Of a stretch of DNA of 64,000 nt, positions 38,609-47,110 are shown piece after piece. The number at the start of each line of letters is the position of its first letter. Position 1 is the first letter of the stretch. The DNA is taken from NCBI GenBank assembly GCA_009391535.1, contig VFHP01000008.1:386-64385 (forward strand), written 5' to 3'. A program made the translations under genes and the position numbers. Below the pieces are notes generated by a model. That model was not told the DNA's origin and ran no database searches. It saw only the letters and a list, made by a program, of their open reading frames with translations. Source of the stretch: SAR202 cluster bacterium. GTDB taxonomy: Bacteria; Chloroflexota; Dehalococcoidia; Lucifugimonadales; UBA2985.

Positions 38609-38998
38609 ATGTATCCAAACGATAGAAAATATTCAAAAGAACATGAGTGGGCTAAACAGGATATTAATGAAAGCTTGCTAATTGGTATTACTGATTATGC
38701 TCAGGAACATTTGGGTGATATCGTTTATCTTGACCTTCCGAATGTTGGATCCATGTTAAGTAAAATGCAGAAACTTGGAGAAATAGAATCGGTAAAATCA
38801 GTCTCAGACATATTTTCACCAGTTTCTGGTGAAGTTATAGAGATAAATAATATTGCACTAGACAGTCCGGAACTGGTGAATTCAGACCCCCACAATAACG
38901 GTTGGTTGGTGCGTATTATCGTTTCTAATGCCTCTGAGTTTGATGAATTATTGACTGCTGATGAGTACCAATCATTTTTGGATTCTTTAGGCTCTTAG
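38609..38998 (+). CDS. gcvH: Glycine cleavage system H protein
   Basis: HEW, GITDYAQ..LGDIVY, ESVK (lipoyl Lys), PVSGEV, N.DP...GWL. Confidence 0.97.
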   Translation: MYPNDRKYSKEHEWAKQDINESLLIGITDYAQEHLGDIVYLDLPNVGSMLSKMQKLGEIESVKSVSDIFSPVSGEVIEINNIALDSPELVNSDPHNNGWLVRIIVSNASEFDELLTADEYQSFLDSLGS

Positions 38999-40345
38999 TT
39001 GATGACATCAGAAACCAGACATTCTCCATATGTGCCTAATACTGATGCCGATAGAGATCAGATTATTAAATGCTTAGGAGTTAGTTCGACAGACGAACTG
39101 TTCGGTGACATACCGAAACAACATTATCTCCCTAATTTAAAACTTAATGAACCTCTCTCAGAGCTGGAAATCACTAAGGAACTCCAACGATTATCAATGC
39201 TGAATTATACTCCGGATACAATGCCATGTTTTCTTGGGGGTGGCGCTTATAGGCATTTTATACCTTCCATTGTCAAACATGTGATCAGCAGGGGAGAGTT
39301 TGCCACGGCTTACACCCCATATCAACCTGAAGTTAGTCAAGGTACTTTACAAACGATATATGAATTTCAATCTTTGGTATGTCAACTTTTTGAGATGGAT
39401 ATAGCAAATTCTGGAATGTATGACGGCGCAACCGCGATCGCTGAAGCAGCTTTGATGGCTTGTAGAATAACCAATAAGGATCGTATCGCGGTATTAAATA
39501 CACTTTCACCTGTTTACGTCTCTGTCATACGAACTTATGTAGAACCTCAGGGATTGAAAATATATTCGGTAGATCCATCTGACATAAAATTAGACCAAGA
39601 GACAGCGTGCATTTTAGTACAACATCCAAACTTTTACGGCTACTTGGAAGATTTGAAAAATATTGCCAAGGTTGCTCATGAAAATGATGCTTTGTTGGTT
39701 ACATCCACCGATCCAATTTTCTTAGGCATGTTTAATGCTCCTGGTAAATACGGTGCGGATATCGCGGTTGCTGAAGGCCAACCCTTAGGAGTACCTTTGA
39801 GTTATGGAGGGCCATATGTAGGTTTATTCACGTGTAAATCTGATTTTGTAAGGCAAATGCCAGGCAGAATAGTTGGTAAGACAACCGACACTAAGCAAAG
39901 GGAAGGATATGTTCTTACCTTGCAAACTAGAGAACAACACATAAGAAGAGAACGGGCCACATCCAATATTTGTACTAGTGAAGCTCTTATAGGTACCGCT
40001 GTTGTAGCATACATCGGTTCCATGGGGAGAGTGGGCATTAAACACGTTGCAGAAATGACTTATCACAAAGCTCATTATGCCTCATCTATGATATCCAAGA
40101 TTCCAGGTTACAGCTTGCCATTTGGTGGCACATTTTTTAAAGAGTTTGTTGTTAGATGTCCTATTAGTCCAGCAAAACTCAATTCTTACTTGTTGGAGAA
40201 TGGGCTTATAGGTGGTATTGATGTTAGCGACAGGGTAGAGAATGGGCTACTCATAGCAGTCACAGAAATGAACACGAAAGAAGAAATAGATAGGTTAGTT
40301 TACCTCATGGCAGAACATCCCGCTCGAGGGAATAATTTATTATGA
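38999..40345 (+). CDS. gcvPA: Glycine dehydrogenase subunit 1
   Basis: FLGGGAY.H, TAYTPYQPEVSQG, MYDGATA, REQHIRRERATSNICT. Confidence 0.97.
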   Translation: MMTSETRHSPYVPNTDADRDQIIKCLGVSSTDELFGDIPKQHYLPNLKLNEPLSELEITKELQRLSMLNYTPDTMPCFLGGGAYRHFIPSIVKHVISRGEFATAYTPYQPEVSQGTLQTIYEFQSLVCQLFEMDIANSGMYDGATAIAEAALMACRITNKDRIAVLNTLSPVYVSVIRTYVEPQGLKIYSVDPSDIKLDQETACILVQHPNFYGYLEDLKNIAKVAHENDALLVTSTDPIFLGMFNAPGKYGADIAVAEGQPLGVPLSYGGPYVGLFTCKSDFVRQMPGRIVGKTTDTKQREGYVLTLQTREQHIRRERATSNICTSEALIGTAVVAYIGSMGRVGIKHVAEMTYHKAHYASSMISKIPGYSLPFGGTFFKEFVVRCPISPAKLNSYLLENGLIGGIDVSDRVENGLLIAVTEMNTKEEIDRLVYLMAEHPARGNNLL

Positions 40346-41808
40346 ATATAGAGTATAACGAGCGTAGATCACTTGCGGAACGAAGCTTTAAAGGTAAAAT
40401 TGGAACCACATTACCAAGGCTAGACGTGCCAGTACAAGATATGCCTGATGCAGAAGACATTAGAACTGACTTGTTTCTTCCCGAGGTTAGTGAGGGGGAA
40501 GTAGTGAGGTACATGACATTGCTAAGCCAAATGAACTTTTCTATAGACACTAACTATTATCCCTTGGGCAGCTGTACTATGAAGTACAACCCGAAAGTTA
40601 ATGAGGAAATGGCTAGCCTTCCTGGATTTGCCAATATTCATCCTCGACAGCCAAAAAGTACAGTACAAGGGGCTTTGGAACTGGCATACAATTTACAGGC
40701 AATCCTTGCGGAGATAGTGGGTATGTCTGGATGCAGTTTGTCTACAATGGCAGGTGCTCAAGGAGAGTTGGCAGGAATGTTAATGATTAGAGCATATCAT
40801 GTTTCTAGAGGAGACCATAAAAGAAAATTTGTGTTAATACCTGACAGTGCACATGGTACCAATCCTGCATCTGCGGCAATGTGCGGATATGAAGTAGTGA
40901 CAATACCCTCAGATACTGCTGGTAACATGGATATAAATGCCTTGCGAACAGCATGTAACGAAGAAACCGTTGGATTGATGTTAACCCTCCCTAATACGTT
41001 GGGATTGTTCGATACAAATATATTAGAAATTTGCAAATTAGTACATGATTGCGGAGGACTGGTTTACGGTGACGGCGCTAATATGAATGCTATGTTGGGT
41101 CGGACTAAGCTGGGTGATTTGGGTTTCGACGTAATGCATTTTAATCTCCACAAGACCTTTAGTACGCCTCATGGTGGTGGTGGTCCGGGATCTGGGCCGG
41201 TATGTGCCAGAGATATTTTGGTTCCATTTCTGCCGTCACCAGTGATAAGCAGGAATACCGACGAAGAATCAGATAGTTATGAGCTTTATGAACCAGATAC
41301 TAGTATTGGAAAAACATCCGCATTCCATGGCAATTTTGGTATGTTAGTTAGGGCGTACACTTACATAAATCTTCTTGGGGCAAGTGGGTTGTTAGAAGTG
41401 AGTGAAAATGCTGTCTTGAATGCTAATTATGTGTTGGCCAATTTAAAGGATCATTACAGTTTACCTTATGATAGAGTTTGTATGCACGAAGTGGTCTTTT
41501 CCGCGAAAATGCAAAAGCAACAAGGTGTGAGTGCTTTGGACATTGCCAAAAGACTGATTGACTACGGAATTCATCCTCCTACCATGTACTTCCCGTTGAT
41601 AGTAGAAGAGGCTCTTATGATTGAACCTACAGAAACTGAAAGCAAGGAAACAATAGACAATTTTATACAGGTCATGCAAGCTATAGCCCAAGAAGTGTTA
41701 GATGACCCGTCACTATTAAAAAACGCTCCCTATGCGACGCCGAATACAAGATTAGATGAAGCCAAAGCCGCGCGTAATCCAGATTTGAGATGGCATCTTT
41801 CTTCTTGA
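40342..41808 (+). CDS. gcvPB: Glycine dehydrogenase subunit 2
   Basis: YPLGSCTMKYNP, SAHGTNPASA, NLHKTFSTPHGGGGPG, IEPTETE. Confidence 0.97.
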   Translation: MNIEYNERRSLAERSFKGKIGTTLPRLDVPVQDMPDAEDIRTDLFLPEVSEGEVVRYMTLLSQMNFSIDTNYYPLGSCTMKYNPKVNEEMASLPGFANIHPRQPKSTVQGALELAYNLQAILAEIVGMSGCSLSTMAGAQGELAGMLMIRAYHVSRGDHKRKFVLIPDSAHGTNPASAAMCGYEVVTIPSDTAGNMDINALRTACNEETVGLMLTLPNTLGLFDTNILEICKLVHDCGGLVYGDGANMNAMLGRTKLGDLGFDVMHFNLHKTFSTPHGGGGPGSGPVCARDILVPFLPSPVISRNTDEESDSYELYEPDTSIGKTSAFHGNFGMLVRAYTYINLLGASGLLEVSENAVLNANYVLANLKDHYSLPYDRVCMHEVVFSAKMQKQQGVSALDIAKRLIDYGIHPPTMYFPLIVEEALMIEPTETESKETIDNFIQVMQAIAQEVLDDPSLLKNAPYATPNTRLDEAKAARNPDLRWHLSS

Positions 41809-41836
41809 ATCCAATCCAGTATTAAGATTATCTTCG

Positions 41837-41865
41837 TTGACAAGGGTAAGAGGCTATGCTAAATT
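41837..41865 (+). promoter_or_regulatory. sigma70-type promoter of the GT20 gene
   Basis: TTGACA-N17-TAAATT with extended TGn; overlapped by inverted repeat ACAAGGGTA/TACCCTTGT. Confidence 0.6.
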
Positions 41866-41980
41866 GCCACGTACCCTTGTATATTTCACTATAACCTCTT
41901 GGTAGTGTTCCCTGTAGATCCCGGACCTCGATCGTTTTAGTGGCAAATGTTAATAATTCTGGTATTACTCGGATGTTATT

Positions 41981-43501
41981 ATGATAAACGATTCTGATAA
42001 AACTGAGAAACTCAATAATCTACTGACAAATGTGTCTGAGATATTAAAAAGCAGATCATTATTTATAGTCAGTAATAGAGGCCCTGTAGAGCATCACATA
42101 ACAAACGGCGATAGTATTGTTCCAAGGAGAAGTAGCGGTGGAGTGGTTACTGCGTTAAATCCGCTTTTTGGTTTGGGCTTTACATGGATTTCTAATGCAA
42201 TGGGTGAAGGGGACCGACGTGTGGCTAGGAACTTTGAAGGGGAGACTATAAGATCGACCATTCCAGGGCACAAATTCTCTATAAAATATGTGCTAACCTC
42301 AAGACGTGTGTATCACAAGTTCTACAATATTTTTTGTAATCCTCTGTTATGGTTTCTACATCACAACATGTGGAGTTCTCCATATACTCCTAACATCGAC
42401 AATTCAGTATATGATGCTTGGGAAACTGGATATGTGCCGGTTAACAGGGCGTTTGCGGATTCCATTATTGAAGAATGCGAAAAAAGTAATAAACCTCCTA
42501 GTGTTGTGATACATGACTATCATTTGTACATGGTTCCAGGCATGTTACGCGAATCTATACCAGAGGCAATAATTCAACAATTTATTCATATCCCTTGGCC
42601 GGATTCCAGTTACTGGCAAATGCTACCTTCAGATATAAGGACCAAGATATGTGAAAGTCTGATAATGACGGACACTGTTGCTTTTCAGAATTTCAGAGAT
42701 GTGAGGAATTTTCTTCAAAGTTGCGAAACTTTCGTACTAAATAGTGAAGTTAATTACAAGAATTGTACTGTAACGCTAAATGGCCATACAACCGAGGTGA
42801 AGTATCGACCGATGGGTATATCGATTGGCGAGGTTAGAAATATAGCGGAATCAAACAGGGCTCGTGAATACGAAGATAAATTAAGAAGTGTATTGACAGA
42901 AAATACAATAGTGAGAATAGATAGAGTCGAACCGAGCAAGAATATAATAAGAGGATTTCGTGCCTACAGATTGTTGTTGGAGAGAAACCCAGATATATTA
43001 GGAAAGGTAATATTCCTTGCTTTTATGGTGCCATCCAGAACTCATATCAGGCAATATCAAAGATATTTTCAGGAAGTAGAAGAGATAGTTGCTGAAATTA
43101 ATAATTCATTTGGTAATAGCCAGTGGAAACCAATCCTGCCATTTTATGATAACAATTATACCCAAGCCATGGCTGCTATGAAATTTTATGATGTTTTGCT
43201 GGTGAACCCCATCATGGATGGTATGAATCTTGTATCCAAGGAAGGGCCAGTTGTAAATGGTAGATCAGGTGTGCTAGTCCTTTCAGAAACTGCTGGCTCG
43301 TATGATCAGTTGAGAAACGGAGTATTGCCTGTGTCTCCGGCTGATATAGAAGGAACTTATAGGGCTTTACTTCAGGCATTAGAAATGCCGATGAGAGACC
43401 GTAAAGAAATGGAAGAAATTCTTATAGACAAAATATCTGATGAAGACGTAATTTATTGGGCAAATAAGCTATTTTCTGATTTGAAAGTGTATTCAGATTA
43501 A
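41981..43501 (+). CDS. otsA: Trehalose-6-phosphate synthase-like glycosyltransferase (GT20)
   Basis: VSNRGP, GGVVTAL, HDYHLY, FIHIPWP, RIDR.EPSKN, DGMNLVSKE, LVLSE.AG. Confidence 0.85.
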   Translation: MINDSDKTEKLNNLLTNVSEILKSRSLFIVSNRGPVEHHITNGDSIVPRRSSGGVVTALNPLFGLGFTWISNAMGEGDRRVARNFEGETIRSTIPGHKFSIKYVLTSRRVYHKFYNIFCNPLLWFLHHNMWSSPYTPNIDNSVYDAWETGYVPVNRAFADSIIEECEKSNKPPSVVIHDYHLYMVPGMLRESIPEAIIQQFIHIPWPDSSYWQMLPSDIRTKICESLIMTDTVAFQNFRDVRNFLQSCETFVLNSEVNYKNCTVTLNGHTTEVKYRPMGISIGEVRNIAESNRAREYEDKLRSVLTENTIVRIDRVEPSKNIIRGFRAYRLLLERNPDILGKVIFLAFMVPSRTHIRQYQRYFQEVEEIVAEINNSFGNSQWKPILPFYDNNYTQAMAAMKFYDVLLVNPIMDGMNLVSKEGPVVNGRSGVLVLSETAGSYDQLRNGVLPVSPADIEGTYRALLQALEMPMRDRKEMEEILIDKISDEDVIYWANKLFSDLKVYSD

Positions 43502-44808
43502 ACTCTATCGTCCGTTACATTTGGGTTACGGGCGAAGAAAAGAAATACAGTTCCCAGTATTAAAGCGATGATGAAACTCATAAATGCTACGTGGTAACTG
43601 TTAGTGGAGTCATAAACCCAACCTGCATATATAGGTCCTATCATTGTAGAAGGTATATGACACAATTGCATCCAACCTCTTATTGTGGCGTAATTGGCCC
43701 TTCCGAAATAATCTCCAATTATTGCCATGAAAACCGGTATTGCACCGCCGTAGGATATCCCATAAATTATTACAAAAATCCATAATAATGCCATACTATC
43801 AACCATAGAGAGTACATATATCCCCAAAGCCTGCAATAATGTGCAAAATATTAGGACGTATCGTTTATCTAGATAATCACCTAATAGCCCGAACCCCAAT
43901 CTTCCTACCAGACTGACTGTTACCATTGCCCCTAGTGCTGCACTGGCGTGTAGAAGCGGGATGGAGCGGATATTTGTAAGATAGTTAACTTGATGTATTA
44001 CAACCGAAGTCATTGCCACCGCTCTAGCGCTTGTTCCCAAAACTAACATCCAAAAAGTGATAGATAGTATGGCTTGTTTTACTGTGAAATCCCTGTTTGC
44101 TAGTTGAGCGTTATTCTTTCTTACTGACCCGCCTCTTTTTAGTGGATCTTCAGTTTTTTCAGGTAATCCATCAGGTAGATAACCATATTGTTCAGGTTTA
44201 TGCCTCAGAAGTAATGATATTGGCATGACTATCACGAATATTCCTACTCCAGATAAGAATGCTGCAGTTCGCCAACCGTAATCATTGACTATTATCCCCA
44301 GGAGAAATACAGTCAAACCGCTGCCACCTGCCCCAAGTGAATATATAGCAAATGCTCTCGATCTTTTCTGGATAAACCATGCGTTGACTGCAGCCATACT
44401 GGCATGACCGAATCCCGTGTTATAACCTATAGATATCCAGCCAGCGTATAAAAGGACAAATACTACAAACGCACTCAAATGAACAGAACCGATTTCGATT
44501 GATGAAACTAGGCTCATTAAGAAGAAACCCGAACCAGCTATGGCAGCTCCTATGATAGCCATTTTCCTAGGTCCATATTTGTCTACAAGCACACCAATAA
44601 TAGGTCCCTCCAAACCCCCTTCGAGTCTGGACAGGGATATCACGGCAGCCCCTGCGGCAGCACTCCAACCGAATTCATCTAGCAGAACCTTAAAGAATAT
44701 TGGGAATCCATAGAACCAGACTCCAGCTCCATAAACATTTATGGCAGCCGCTGCGAATACCACATACCAACCAAAAAATATATTTCTGCGAGCACGAATG
44801 AAATTCAT
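43498..44808 (-). CDS. MFS transporter (OFA/MCT-like)
   Basis: FFGWYVV, LSRLEGGLEGP, VDKYGPR, PEQYGYLPDG, DYFGRANY. Confidence 0.9.
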   Translation of the reverse strand: MNFIRARRNIFFGWYVVFAAAAINVYGAGVWFYGFPIFFKVLLDEFGWSAAAGAAVISLSRLEGGLEGPIIGVLVDKYGPRKMAIIGAAIAGSGFFLMSLVSSIEIGSVHLSAFVVFVLLYAGWISIGYNTGFGHASMAAVNAWFIQKRSRAFAIYSLGAGGSGLTVFLLGIIVNDYGWRTAAFLSGVGIFVIVMPISLLLRHKPEQYGYLPDGLPEKTEDPLKRGGSVRKNNAQLANRDFTVKQAILSITFWMLVLGTSARAVAMTSVVIHQVNYLTNIRSIPLLHASAALGAMVTVSLVGRLGFGLLGDYLDKRYVLIFCTLLQALGIYVLSMVDSMALLWIFVIIYGISYGGAIPVFMAIIGDYFGRANYATIRGWMQLCHIPSTMIGPIYAGWVYDSTNSYHVAFMSFIIALILGTVFLFFARNPNVTDDRV

Positions 44809-44862
44809 TTATGTGTCACTCATACCAAAAAATGTGTACAGATATGCAGTACTACAGAACTT

Positions 44863-45633
44863 TTACTCTATATCGTCATCATCGTCATCGTCATCATACT
44901 CTTCTTGGTCATTTGTTCTAATTGTTGGGATGATAGCCCTGCTCTGATTACTTTTGGTTTTGGATGGAGGTAGTTTTCCGATATCATCTTTCATGGATTT
45001 TAACTCTTTTGGTTTAATTTTTTGTATATCCAAAAGTATTCCCTGTATCCCCACGTCTCTGATTACTTTTATATCGTTTTTCTGTAATGGGTTAATGCGT
45101 AGTAGTATAACTGGTTTAGATAGGAGATCTCTTATGGATCTTATGCGCATGGTGTCAATTATACTGAGGTTAGTTGTCTCTTCTATACCGGATAAGATAA
45201 TTGCATCTACGGGTATTTCATTTATCGAATGTGCAAGTTCTTCTGGTGTATCTATAGGTACTACAATAAGCTTGCCAAGATTTTCCGATGCCAATATATC
45301 AGCAGGTTCAGAAAAACTCGAAATTATAAAGAAGTCGCAACCTTCGTTTGCCAAGGACTCTAGCGAATCAGTTGATGCGTGGTTTGTCCAGATGCCCCAT
45401 ATCTGTTCTTTCAGAGTAGCATTTGTTGTTTTCAACATGGTTTTGGTGCTTTTTTGTGTTTTAACGATTGTAAAATCAAAATCATCAGCTTGATTTTTGG
45501 TCAGAGAACCTACATCAGTCAAAGCAGCTAGAGCAATCTGAGGGAATTTGTCCGCTGGTTTGCTAGTTCCAAACCCAATAGGGGTTGGAGTAACGGATCC
45601 TATTTTCTCGAGATACTCGATTATTTTACTCAT
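44863..45633 (-). CDS. Hypothetical protein, possible HpcH/aldolase-like TIM-barrel, acidic poly-Asp tail
   Basis: AGGAG RBS before MSKIIEYL; alternating beta/alpha pattern (GCDFFII, VDAIIL, GIQGILL); ends EEYDDDDDDDDIE. Confidence 0.6.
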   Translation of the reverse strand: MSKIIEYLEKIGSVTPTPIGFGTSKPADKFPQIALAALTDVGSLTKNQADDFDFTIVKTQKSTKTMLKTTNATLKEQIWGIWTNHASTDSLESLANEGCDFFIISSFSEPADILASENLGKLIVVPIDTPEELAHSINEIPVDAIILSGIEETTNLSIIDTMRIRSIRDLLSKPVILLRINPLQKNDIKVIRDVGIQGILLDIQKIKPKELKSMKDDIGKLPPSKTKSNQSRAIIPTIRTNDQEEYDDDDDDDDIE

Positions 45634-45670
45634 TAAACTTCTCCTGTTTTTCACTGAGAACCTAACAAAC

Positions 45671-45707
45671 ATAAGCCATTCCTTGGTTTACCCTCGGAAT
45701 GGCTTAT
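45671..45707 (-). terminator. Stem-loop downstream of the desulforedoxin-like gene pair (terminator or processing hairpin)
   Basis: Perfect 12-bp inverted repeat ATAAGCCATTCC / GGAATGGCTTAT, followed by GTTTGTT on minus strand. Confidence 0.6.
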
Positions 45708-45751
45708 ACTGCTTCGGTATTTAATATAATTTATAAATTAATATTATCTAA

Positions 45752-45895
45752 CTAGTCTGAAGAAGGCAGTCTTCTGGCGTCTTGCAATGCCATATCTTTT
45801 TCACAGCAAGTTGCACTTCCTTCTCCAGCTTTTGTGCATAAAACAACCGTACCACACGTGACACATTGATATCTTTTACCAAGCTCGTTAGCCAT
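45752..45895 (-). CDS. Desulforedoxin-like microprotein B (47 aa)
   Basis: Below ORF-track cutoff; MANELGKRYQCVTCGTVVLCTKAGEGSATCCEKDMALQDARRLPSSD; GGAGG RBS; C-x2-C-x15-CC. Confidence 0.85.
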   Translation of the reverse strand: MANELGKRYQCVTCGTVVLCTKAGEGSATCCEKDMALQDARRLPSSD

Positions 45896-45952
45896 TTACA
45901 AGTTCCTCCATAGTCCTTTACGTTGAGTAAAAGAGGACATTTCTAATATAAA

Positions 45953-46069
45953 TTACTTCTTCTCTGCCGGTTCCCCACAGCATGATATGGTGCCGTCACC
46001 GGCTGTAGTTACTATAAATTCGGAGCTGCAATTCTTACAAAAGTATCTTTTACCTGATTCGTTAGCCAA
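45953..46069 (-). CDS. Desulforedoxin-like microprotein A (38 aa, TTG start)
   Basis: Below ORF-track cutoff; MANESGKRYFCKNCSSEFIVTTAGDGTISCCGEPAEKK; GGAGG RBS; C-x2-C-x15-CC. Confidence 0.85.
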   Translation of the reverse strand: MANESGKRYFCKNCSSEFIVTTAGDGTISCCGEPAEKK

Positions 46070-46104
46070 TGAAATCCTCCCAAAGCATGGCTTAGTTTGT
46101 GATT

Positions 46105-46133
46105 ATTATAGCTATAGGCTTAGTAATGGTCAA
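46105..46133 (-). promoter_or_regulatory. Near-consensus sigma70 promoter of the desulforedoxin-like pair
   Basis: TTGACC-N17-TATAAT about 35 nt upstream of the first start codon. Confidence 0.75.
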
Positions 46134-46211
46134 CCTTAGCTATTGCAATAGAGTAATATTTGGATGCCTGCGAGGAGACACGGAGTAGTGTATTTGATAT
46201 GATTCAACATT

Positions 46212-47108
46212 ATGAAAGAAGTTAAACAGGTCAAACGCAATGGATACAATCGTTTACCTCAATGGTTTAAGGTTCCCATGTCTGGAGGCTCAAACTTTGT
46301 TGAACTCAAGAATTTATTGAAATCTGGTGGCCTAAACACTGTTTGCATAGAAGCCAAATGCCCCAACATCGGGGACTGTTGGGAGGATCGTAGTGCTACT
46401 TTTATGATATTAGGAGAAATATGTACACGGGCTTGTAGATACTGTGCTGTTAGTACTGGTAGACCCTCCATGCTAGATTTAGATGAACCGAGGCGATTAG
46501 CTGAGAGTGTAGAAAAGTTGAACTTGGAGTATTGCGTCATAACATCTGTAGACCGTGATGACTTATTGGACGGCGGGGCTAGTATTTTCGCAGAATCTAT
46601 CAAGAGGATAAGATCAAAGTTGCCTTTTTGCGAAATAGAAGTTTTAATACCTGATTTTCAAGGCTCTGAAATCTCTTTACTAACTGTTCTAAGTGCTATG
46701 CCGAACGTCCTTAATCACAATATTGAAACCGTAGAAAGAATATTTCCTATGGTGAGGCCTCGGGGCGATTATTCACAATCCCTTTCGTTGTTAAAGAAAG
46801 TGAAGGAACAATATTCACACATTGTAACTAAATCAGGAATGATGGTCGGATTAGGCGAAGAATCAGATGAAATTTTGGAGACCATGTATAATCTGAGATC
46901 AGCAGGATGTGATCTATTGACTATCGGTCAATATTTGCAACCTTCCCAGAAACATTTTCCTGTGTCGAGATTTTATACACCTGAAGAGTTTGATCATATC
47001 AAAGTAGAGGCTGAAAAACTTGGATTCACTAACGTGACTTCAGGCCCTTTGGTGCGTAGTTCATATCGAGCCGGCAAACAATTACATTCCTTTCTCTCTA
47101 ATGGATAG
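46212..47108 (+). CDS. lipA: Lipoyl synthase
   Basis: C-x4-C-x5-C (CIEAKCPNIGDC), CTRACRYC radical-SAM motif, SVDRDDL, RSSY. Confidence 0.97.
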   Translation: MKEVKQVKRNGYNRLPQWFKVPMSGGSNFVELKNLLKSGGLNTVCIEAKCPNIGDCWEDRSATFMILGEICTRACRYCAVSTGRPSMLDLDEPRRLAESVEKLNLEYCVITSVDRDDLLDGGASIFAESIKRIRSKLPFCEIEVLIPDFQGSEISLLTVLSAMPNVLNHNIETVERIFPMVRPRGDYSQSLSLLKKVKEQYSHIVTKSGMMVGLGEESDEILETMYNLRSAGCDLLTIGQYLQPSQKHFPVSRFYTPEEFDHIKVEAEKLGFTNVTSGPLVRSSYRAGKQLHSFLSNG

Positions 47109-47110
47109 CT

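Noticed and set aside
44872-44896. TCA/TCG trinucleotide run as a phase-variable microsatellite
   Set aside because: Imperfect, in-frame, simply encodes the poly-Asp tail
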